A DNA stretch of 41,239 nucleotides. It comes from Deltaproteobacteria bacterium. Lineage in GTDB: Bacteria > Desulfobacterota > Desulfomonilia > Desulfomonilales > Desulfomonilaceae. The first letter of the stretch is position 1. Each line of letters begins with the position of its first letter. This document shows, one piece after another, positions 34,671 to 41,239 of the stretch. The notes below the pieces were generated by a model. The model worked only from the letters and a program-made list of their open reading frames with translations. It did no database searches and was not told the origin of the DNA. Where the stretch lies: NCBI GenBank assembly GCA_037380965.1, contig JARRRG010000003.1, positions 1 to 41,239 on the forward strand, written 5' to 3'. Position numbers and translations under genes: made by a program.

Positions 34671-35429
34671 TCAGCTGTCCGCATGCCCCCAGTCTCCGGC
34701 TGATTCTCGGACCAGCCTGAGAACCACCGGCGGCGGCAGTTGCACAACCCTTCGGAAATTCCTCAAGAAGAGCCGCCACCGAATCAGTGCCGTCAGCTCG
34801 CGTTTCAAGGTACGAGGATCGTGCCACTTGAGTTTGAGCCTGCGTGGATCAGGCAGCGGAGGGGAGTGCAGATCATCGGAAATGACCCGAAGCGAAGTGA
34901 ACGGGACGCCCAGCTTTTGAGCTTCCAGCCCGAGGGCGTGACTTTCCATGTCCACCGCGCTGGCGCCGGTCAATTCATGGAGCTTTTCGCGATCCTCTAA
35001 CGAAATCACAGCCTTGCTCACTGTCACAAGGCGCGTCGTGGTGTGCGGAAGGTTTTCCGAGTCGCACGCGCGCACGACCGACGCGACCAGTGAGTGCGGC
35101 CACTTCAAACCTTCCTGAGGGCTGGTATCAGACAGGGTCTCCGAGGAGACAACCAGATCACCGATTTCGAGTTCTCTCACCAGGGACCCCGCGGTGCCCA
35201 CGCTCAGCATAGCTGACGGAAGGATGTCGAGACCGTTCACCGCGGCTGCGGCCCGTTTCGGGCCGATTCCACTCCTCACAACCACAAGGGTATGCCCCTC
35301 AAAAAACACTTCGCGATATGTGGCGGCCCCGCGCTTCCAACGACGAACGACCTCGACGCGGCGAAGCAGGGGAGCCAGCTCGATTCCCATGGGGAAGACC
35401 AGGCAAAGAGCCCTATTTTCTCTGTTCAT
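34671..35429 (-). CDS. PNP_UDP_1 (phosphorylase superfamily) nucleosidase/hydrolase, MTA/SAH-nucleosidase-, futalosine-hydrolase- or HpnG-like
   Basis: Start at ATG 35429 (MNRENRALCLVFPMGIELAPLL). The track start at 35576 adds 49 residues that run into the divergent gene. VVVRSGIGPKRAAAAV, SVGTAGSL, IGDLVV, SAVDMESHA. The precise subfamily cannot be resolved by eye. Confidence 0.7.
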   Translation of the reverse strand: MNRENRALCLVFPMGIELAPLLRRVEVVRRWKRGAATYREVFFEGHTLVVVRSGIGPKRAAAAVNGLDILPSAMLSVGTAGSLVRELEIGDLVVSSETLSDTSPQEGLKWPHSLVASVVRACDSENLPHTTTRLVTVSKAVISLEDREKLHELTGASAVDMESHALGLEAQKLGVPFTSLRVISDDLHSPPLPDPRRLKLKWHDPRTLKRELTALIRWRLFLRNFRRVVQLPPPVVLRLVRESAGDWGHADS

Positions 35430-35488
35430 TGCCCGCACCGCGGTATATAGTATCGTAATTGTGTTCTTCTGACCACGAGAAGTCTTCG

Positions 35489-35953
35489 ATGCAGCTTGAC
35501 AGGCTCGACAAACAGATCTTGATGGCACTCCAGGGAGATCTCGATGAATCTCCGGAACCCTATGCCCGCATTGCAAAGGATTTGCAGGTTTCCGAACAGG
35601 AGGTGATCCAACGGATCAAGAGGATGAAGGATCGGGGAGTCATCCGAAGAATTGGGGCCATGATCCGTCACATCGAAGCAGGGATACATTTCAACGGGAT
35701 GGTTGTCTGGAAAGTGGATCCTGACCGCATCGAGGAAGTCGGGCGACTTCTTGGTGAATTCCCGGATGTGACCCATTGCTACGAGAGAATTCCGTTCGGA
35801 AGCAGGGGAGGCAGTCTGTTCACGATGGTCCACGCGTCGTCTGAACAGGGCTGCCTTGACGCGGTTCAGAGGATGTCAGAAAAGATCGGTGTGAGAGAAT
35901 ATGAGATCCTTTTCAGTGAGCGTGAGCTAAAAAAGGAGCATGACGTATTTTGA
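35489..35953 (+). CDS. AsnC/Lrp-like siroheme decarboxylase family protein (AhbA/AhbB, NirD/L/G/H-type)
   Basis: Start at ATG 35489. MQLDRLDKQILMALQGDLDESPEPYARIAKDLQVSEQEVIQRIKRMKDRGVIRRIGAMI, then NGMVVWKVDPDRIEEVGRLLGEFPDVTHCYER...FTMVHA...FSERELKK. This matches the alternative-heme-pathway decarboxylase pattern. It lies immediately upstream of hemL. Confidence 0.7.
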   Translation: MQLDRLDKQILMALQGDLDESPEPYARIAKDLQVSEQEVIQRIKRMKDRGVIRRIGAMIRHIEAGIHFNGMVVWKVDPDRIEEVGRLLGEFPDVTHCYERIPFGSRGGSLFTMVHASSEQGCLDAVQRMSEKIGVREYEILFSERELKKEHDVF

Positions 35954-36043
35954 CGAGGACGAGTCCGAAATGGCATAACGATGTCCTCGCAACGATGCGC
36001 AGGAAAGGCAAGGCGAGCAACGCTCCGGCCGAGGAGGAGGCCG

Positions 36044-37324
36044 ATGACTACCATTGCTAAGTCCAAGGCGCTCTTTGAAGAGGCCAAGAAAGTAATTCCC
36101 GGTGGCGTCAATTCGCCGGTGCGGGCATTCAAATCAGTGGGACTGCACCCGCGCTTCATCCACGCGGGCAGGGGATCGAAGATCGTGGACGTCGACGGCA
36201 ACGAATTCATCGATTACGTGGGCTCATGGGGCCCGCTCATTCTGGGTCATGCACATCCCGACGTGGTCCAAGCCCTGGCTGAGGCGACGAAGCATGGGAC
36301 GTCTTTTGGCGCGCCGACCCCCCGTGAGATCGAGATGGCCCGCCAGATCACTGAAATGGTACCTACCGTGGAGATGGTGAGGCTGGTGAACTCCGGAACG
36401 GAAGCGGTCATGAGCGCGATCCGCCTCGCCCGGGGGTACACGGGCCGGGAGAAGATCATCAAATTCACCGGGTGCTATCACGGCCACTCGGACGGTCTGC
36501 TGGCTCGAGCGGGCTCGGGCGCGGCAACCTTGGCCGTCCCCGATTCTCTCGGAGTTCCCGCGAGTGTGGTGCAGCAAACCGTCGTCGCACCGTACAACGA
36601 CCTCGAGGCCGCAAGCCTCATGATGCATCAGAATTCGGACACGATCGCAGCGGTGGTGGTGGAACCGGTGGCCGGGAATATGGGTGTGGTGCCGCCGGCA
36701 GAAGAGTTTCTCAAGGGTCTCAGGGATCTCTGTTCGAAGCACGGAGCCATACTGATCTTCGACGAAGTGATCACGGGATTCAGGGTCGCGGCGGGCGGCG
36801 CGCAGGAACGTTTCGGAATCGAGCCGGATCTCACTTGCCTGGGGAAAATCATCGGGGGCGGCATGCCGGTAGGCGCATTCGGGGGGCCACGCTCGCTGAT
36901 GGAATATATGGCGCCTGAAGGGGGAGTCTACCAGGCTGGAACCCTCTCCGGAAATCCTTTGGCTGTTGCGGCCGGATTGACCTCACTTCGGATTCTCCGG
37001 AGAGACCACCCCTATTCGGAGCTCGAGCGTACATCGGCTATGCTTGCGGAAGGAATTCATGATATTCTCGAGCGAAAAGGGATTCCTCACACGGTCAACC
37101 GAGTCGGCTCCATGCTGTCGCTTTTTTTCCACCACGGTCCAGTCACTTGTTACGAGGAAGCTCTCGAGGCTGATCGAGAAGGGTTCAGCAAATTTTTTGC
37201 TCGCATGATCGATCAGGGCATTTATCTGGCCCCGTCTCCCTTTGAGGCCTGGTTTGTGAGTACGGCCCATACGGCTGAGGATATTGAGAGGACGCTGGAT
37301 GCGGTGCAGCAGAGCGTGTCGTAG
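36044..37324 (+). CDS. hemL: Glutamate-1-semialdehyde 2,1-aminomutase
   Basis: Start at ATG 36044 after GAGGAGGAGG. SKALFEEAKKVIPGGVNSPVRAF, DYVGSWGPLILGH, NSGTEAVMSAIRLARG, DEVITGFR, PLP-lysine region LGKIIGGGMPVGAFGG, GTLSGNPLA. Confidence 0.95.
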   Translation: MTTIAKSKALFEEAKKVIPGGVNSPVRAFKSVGLHPRFIHAGRGSKIVDVDGNEFIDYVGSWGPLILGHAHPDVVQALAEATKHGTSFGAPTPREIEMARQITEMVPTVEMVRLVNSGTEAVMSAIRLARGYTGREKIIKFTGCYHGHSDGLLARAGSGAATLAVPDSLGVPASVVQQTVVAPYNDLEAASLMMHQNSDTIAAVVVEPVAGNMGVVPPAEEFLKGLRDLCSKHGAILIFDEVITGFRVAAGGAQERFGIEPDLTCLGKIIGGGMPVGAFGGPRSLMEYMAPEGGVYQAGTLSGNPLAVAAGLTSLRILRRDHPYSELERTSAMLAEGIHDILERKGIPHTVNRVGSMLSLFFHHGPVTCYEEALEADREGFSKFFARMIDQGIYLAPSPFEAWFVSTAHTAEDIERTLDAVQQSVS

Positions 37325-37702
37325 TCACGAGGAATCAGAGAGTAATGATGAGCGGAGCCGGGGATGTTGGCATGGAGAAGGGGGCCGAGGGAGGGGGAAG
37401 CGTAGTACGTTTAGAAAATACGGAGCACCCCGCAATTCCTCGATGTTTGGACTTGCTTTTCGCCGATGGCTCAACTAAGCTTACGCGTTAGGCCCGAACA
37501 AGGGACCAAAATTTCGAATCCCTTGTCAGGAATTACGAACTATTCAACATTCCCATCGCAGATCGTTTGAACTGTTCCACCTTCAAACAGAAAATACTTG
37601 CGGCCTTGTCCGTCCTCATTTTTTGAAGACTCCTGGTGACCACTGGACGGACGGGGACCGGATTGAAAACCCAGACGACGAATCAACGCAAGGAGGTGAC
37701 CG

Positions 37703-38638
37703 ATGGAGAAGGTGATTGAAGTTCCGGAACGATTGGCACTGAAAGGGGTCTCGAGACGAGACTTCATGAAATTCTGCGGCTTTATGGCAACCATTCTGGG
37801 ACTGCCCCTCTCTTTTGCTCCCAGGATAGCCGAGGCAGTGCAGAAGAAACGTCCCACGGTGGTGTGGCTGCAATTCGCAGAGTGCACCGGCTGCACGGAA
37901 TCGTTCATCCGCACGACCTACCCGTGGGCGGCCGATATCATCCTGGACATCATCAACTTGGCCTATCACGATACGATAATGGCTGCGGCAGGTGATCAAG
38001 CGGAGCAGATCCTGGAGGACACCGTCAAGAAGCAGGCCAAGAAGTACATCTGTGTAGCGGAAGGGGGAATTCCGACCAAGGATAACGGCGTGTACGGCAA
38101 GATGCACCAAAAGACATTCATTGATGTCGCCAATCATGTGGTGAAGAATGCCGCGGCAACGATCTGCGTCGGAAATTGCGCGTGCTATGGGGGAGTTCAG
38201 GCGGCCAAGCCCAATCCCACGGAAGCGAAAAGCGTCGGTAAGGTGACCGGCGTCAAGACCGTGAACGTATCCGGGTGTCCGCCGAATGCGGACAATATGG
38301 TGGCAACGGTAGTTCACTACCTGCTGTTTGGCAAGCTCCCCGCGCTGGATGACATCGGGAGGCCGTTGTTCGCTTACGGTTTTAATATTCATGACAACTG
38401 CCCGAGAAGAGGACATTTTGAAGCCGATGAATTTGTGAAGGAGTTCGGTGACGCGGGCGCCGCGAAGGGCTGGTGCCTGTACAAGATGGGGTGCAAAGGG
38501 CCCGAGACATTCAACAATTGCTCACTTATCAAGTGGAACCAGGGTACCAACTGGCCCATTGGCGCAGGCCATCCCTGCATTGGCTGTAGTCAACCGAACT
38601 TCTGGGATCAAATGAGCCCCTTCTATGTGGAAAGCTAA
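37703..38638 (+). CDS. [NiFe] hydrogenase small subunit, Tat-exported (group 1, periplasmic type)
   Basis: 311 aa. Twin-arginine signal GVSRRDFMKFCG. VVWLQFAECTGCTES (proximal cluster), GNCACYGG, SGCPPN, HDNCPRRGHF, CLYKMGCKGP, GHPCIGCS. There is no C-terminal membrane anchor after FWDQMSPFYVES. Confidence 0.93.
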   Translation: MEKVIEVPERLALKGVSRRDFMKFCGFMATILGLPLSFAPRIAEAVQKKRPTVVWLQFAECTGCTESFIRTTYPWAADIILDIINLAYHDTIMAAAGDQAEQILEDTVKKQAKKYICVAEGGIPTKDNGVYGKMHQKTFIDVANHVVKNAAATICVGNCACYGGVQAAKPNPTEAKSVGKVTGVKTVNVSGCPPNADNMVATVVHYLLFGKLPALDDIGRPLFAYGFNIHDNCPRRGHFEADEFVKEFGDAGAAKGWCLYKMGCKGPETFNNCSLIKWNQGTNWPIGAGHPCIGCSQPNFWDQMSPFYVES

Positions 38639-38702
38639 CGAACGCACGGGTCAAATAGATAGTTCAAGCCTATGAGATAACTCATTGAAAAGGAGCGAAA
38701 CA

Positions 38703-40342
38703 ATGGCAAGAGTCGTAGTTGACCCCATTCCTCGAATTGAGGGTCACCTCCGGATTGAGGTCGAAATACAGAACGGCAAGGTGAAGGATGCCTGGAGCAG
38801 CGGTACCCTCTTCCGGGGGATCGAGATCATCCTTCAAGGACGTGACCCGCGCGACGCTCATCTTCTCACACAACGGTCTTGCGGCGTTTGCACGTACGTG
38901 CATTCGTTGGCGTCAGTACGGGCTGTTGAAGATGCCCTTAAGATTAAGATCCCTCCGAATGCCCGAATTGTCCGAAACCTGAAGCACGCAGCTCAAAACA
39001 TGCATGATCATCCAGTGCACTTCTATCAGTTGTGTGCACTCGATTGGGTCGATGTCGTCTCAGCTCTGAAGGCGAGTCCAAAAAAGACTGCCGATCTCTC
39101 GGCCGCTGTCAGTGGCAGGCCCCAAACAAAGGCCTACTATGAAGCGCTGAGAAACAAGCTCAAGGCATTTGTTGCCTCGGGTCAGCTCGGCCCGTTCGCC
39201 AACGCGTACTGGGGCCACCCGGATTACAAGCTGCCGCCGGAGGCCAACCTCATGGCCGTGGGCCACTACCTCGACAATCTCAGACGGCAAGTATTCGTCG
39301 CCCAGTTGACCGCGATCTGGGGTGCCAAGAATCCCCATCTTCAAGCTCAATTGCCAGGCGGCATTACGACCATCGAACAACTCAACGCGGACCGCATTTC
39401 GCAATACCTCTTTCTGCTCCAAGAAGAGATCAAGTTCATCGAGGAAGTCTACATTCCCGACCTGCTCGCAGTTGCCTCCTTCTACAAGCACTGGACCAAG
39501 ATCGGCGGGAACAAGAATTTCTTGGCCTACGGCGACTTCCCCGAGAGCGATAAGGAGCCTGAAAGCTTCTACTTCCCCCGTGGCGCGATCATGGACGCCA
39601 AGCTTGAGCTGGTGAAGATCGACCCGGCCAAGATCACCGAGGATGTTACCCGCGCGTGGTATGAGGGCAACAAACCTCTGCATCCCGCGGTCGGTCAAAC
39701 CATTCCTCTCACGGGAGACAAGCTCAAGGGAGCGAATCCCGACACCAAATCCAAGAACGGGAAATACACCTGGCTCAAGGCCCCACGATATGGCGGGAAG
39801 GTCATGGAAGTGGGACCTCTGGCTCAGTGCCTCGTCGCTTACGTTGGAGGAAACAAGGAAATTAAGGTCAACGTGGACAAGGCGCTCAAGAAATTGCAGG
39901 TTGGCCCTGATGCCCTATTCTCAACTCTAGGACGCCTCGCGGCCCGTGGCATCAAGTGCCTGGTCAACGCGAAGAGGGCCGAGGTGTGGACAACGAATCT
40001 TATCGAGAATATCAAGAAGGGTGACACAGGACATTCACTGCTTATAAACTCGATGAGAGCACCAACGGCGAGGGCTACGGGCTCAACGATGTGGCTCGTG
40101 GCTCCCTCGGCCATTGGGTCAACATCGAAAAGGGCAAGATCAAGAACTATCAGCAGGTGGTTCCCTCGACGTGGAACCTGGGACCGAGGGACGCCAAAGG
40201 TCAGAAGGGACCGGTTGAAAATGCCCTTATCGGCACGCCGGTCGCCGATCCCAAGAAACCCCTCGAGATCCTCAGAACGGTCCATTCATTCGATCCTTGT
40301 CTCGCGTGCGCGGTTCACGTGATCGATCCACAAACCAACTAG
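38703..40342 (+). CDS. [NiFe] hydrogenase large subunit (group 1), interrupted by a 1-nt frameshift as sequenced
   Basis: ATG 38703 lies 7 nt after AAAGGAG. MARVVVDPIPRIEGHLRIEV, and the N-terminal Ni-ligand motif RSCGVCTYVH. The track frame degenerates after IKKGDT (about 40028) and stops at 40322. The frame opening at 40025 reads RTFTAYKLDESTNGEGYGLNDVARGSLGHWVNIEKGKIKNYQQVVPSTWNLGPRD...ILRTVHSFDPCLACAVHVIDPQTN, with the C-terminal DPCxxCxxH motif, and stops at 40340..40342. Confidence 0.9.
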
Positions 40343-40390
40343 GTGTACAAGTTCCGAGTCTCCTGATCGGTTGACACGTCTGCTTCAAAA

Positions 40391-40421
40391 GCGGGCACAC
40401 GTACCGGTGCCCGCTTTTTTT
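40391..40421 (+). terminator. Rho-independent terminator of the hydrogenase operon
   Basis: GCGGGCAC (40391..40398), an 8-nt loop, GTGCCCGC (40407..40414), then T7 (40415..40421). It begins 49 nt after the large-subunit stop. Confidence 0.85.
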
Positions 40422-40631
40422 GTCCCGTTGACGCGTCGCGATGAGTGGGGGAGCTTAGTTCATGTGTGTTCGTGAGGAGTGTGGCGACCCTGGCGCTGCT
40501 GAGGTTCATGTGAGAGAAATTCATCTTTACTACCAGGTAATAAGGAGCGGAACATAAAGACATTATGATGGTCTCAATTTAATAACCTGTATTTTAAACA
40601 GGTTGATGACTGACGTAGTCAGGAGACTGTC

Positions 40632-40817
40632 ATGGCGTCGATATTCCGAGAATTCTCAATTACATATGCTCGCTTCATGAAAGAATTCCCGGATCATCCT
40701 CTAACTGATGAAATCAGAAGAGTAATCGCGGGAAATAAGCTCCCAAACGAGCAGTGGCTCAAGCTCCAAACCAAAAGGATGAAGGACCTCATGATCCCAT
40801 TCTGGCTTCAGGCATGA
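40632..40817 (+). CDS. Hypothetical small protein (61 aa) in a low-GC islet
   Basis: AGGAG lies 6 nt upstream of ATG 40632. Sequence: MASIFREFSITYARFMKEFPDHPLTDEIRRVIAGNKLPNEQWLKLQTKRMKDLMIPFWLQA. Composition is protein-like and not Arg/Ala/Gly-rich. No family recognised. Confidence 0.4.
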   Translation: MASIFREFSITYARFMKEFPDHPLTDEIRRVIAGNKLPNEQWLKLQTKRMKDLMIPFWLQA

Positions 40818-41081
40818 GCCGCGATGGTGCAACGCGTTCACCGCACGGAACCGGTTCTTCACGCATTCATCCTTTGCTCGAAGGAGATGAGGCTCAATTG
40901 CGCCCGCGCACCCTCGAGAATAATCCAGCAGGCAGCTCCCGGCGTTCTGATTGACGCAAGAGCCTGACAGTGGTACTCCCCTATCAGTGCACGATCCGAT
41001 GATCCCAAGGTGGGGAGAGGCTTACAAAAAAGAAGCCCCAATGTTGACGAGAGGAGATCACCGTTATATGGCTGACGGGTG

Positions 41082-41239
41082 ATGGCGCACGGTTTGAACC
41101 ACACTCAGGATTTTGAACCACGTGTGAAGTCCCGGCTACGGACCTCTTTGGAGGGAGTAATCGGGTACGCAATCGTTGCCGTATTCCTGTTATTCTGCGG
41201 CCATTACGTCCTGGTTCACCAGGAGGACTTCGCCTTTGT
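41082..41239 (+). CDS. Hypothetical membrane protein, N-terminal fragment (runs off window end)
   Basis: Read by hand and not in the ORF track. ATG 41082 gives MAHGLNHTQDFEPRVKSRLRTSLEGVIGYAIVAVFLLFCGHYVLVHQEDFAF, open to the window end. It contains a hydrophobic helix. It is preceded by a 4-codon mini-ORF (ATG 41068, MADG) with an AGGAG SD, whose stop overlaps this start (TGATG at 41080..41084). Confidence 0.35.
   Translation, partial: MAHGLNHTQDFEPRVKSRLRTSLEGVIGYAIVAVFLLFCGHYVLVHQEDFAF

Noticed and set aside
1-40342. Possible selenocysteine (in-frame TGA) in the FdhA-like gene or a [NiFeSe]-type hydrogenase large subunit
   Set aside because: The FdhA-like frame has no in-frame TGA across 1..1799. 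The hydrogenase C-terminal motif is DPCLACAVH, with Cys rather than TGA. The TGA at 40022..40024 lies in the non-coding frame.
1-41239. Scan for CRISPR arrays, IS/transposon ends, integrases, tRNA/rRNA genes and long direct or inverted repeats
   Set aside because: I saw no regularly spaced repeats, transposase- or integrase-like ORFs, or tRNA T-arm-like GGTTCGAATCC motifs. The by-eye scan is imperfect, and tRNAscan-SE, Infernal and a self-dotplot would be the decisive checks.

Overview
GC-rich 41.2-kb chromosomal segment that reads as core metabolism and housekeeping of an anaerobic bacterium. The gene content suggests something Desulfobacterota- or Nitrospirota-like: a Tat-exported Desulfovibrio-type [NiFe] hydrogenase, FdhA-like plus MetF, KorAB, and an Ahb/NirD-type siroheme decarboxylase next to hemL. 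This taxonomic guess is inference only. I support about 36 protein genes, one clear rho-independent terminator and two tentative promoters. I recognised no rRNA, tRNA, CRISPR array, transposase, integrase or phage genes, and I found no convincing novel defence or mobile system.

Two edge-truncated CDS are absent from the supplied ORF track and were read by hand: 1..1799 on the minus strand and 41082..41239 on the plus strand.

Things worth a second look:
1. A korAB 2-oxoacid:ferredoxin oxidoreductase operon is led by two translationally coupled flavoprotein genes, with fumarase immediately downstream.
2. Six genes are disrupted as sequenced, an unusual density. Four have 1-nt frameshifts: the hydrogenase large subunit, an FAD oxidoreductase, a DUF2059-like gene and a small ORF, the FAD oxidoreductase and small-ORF shifts lying in G-runs. 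Two have roughly 100-nt out-of-frame internal deletions: hflC and a 4HBT thioesterase. This points to sequencing or assembly error or to gene decay.
3. A Ser/Thr kinase is fused to a cNMP-binding domain and a zinc ribbon.
4. An excisionase-HTH response regulator sits at the head of a metF/fdhA-like unit.
5. An ABC ATPase plus adaptor pair has no permease gene.
6. A low-GC islet with an orphan small ORF follows the hydrogenase terminator.

All family assignments come from motif recognition by eye; no database search was run.
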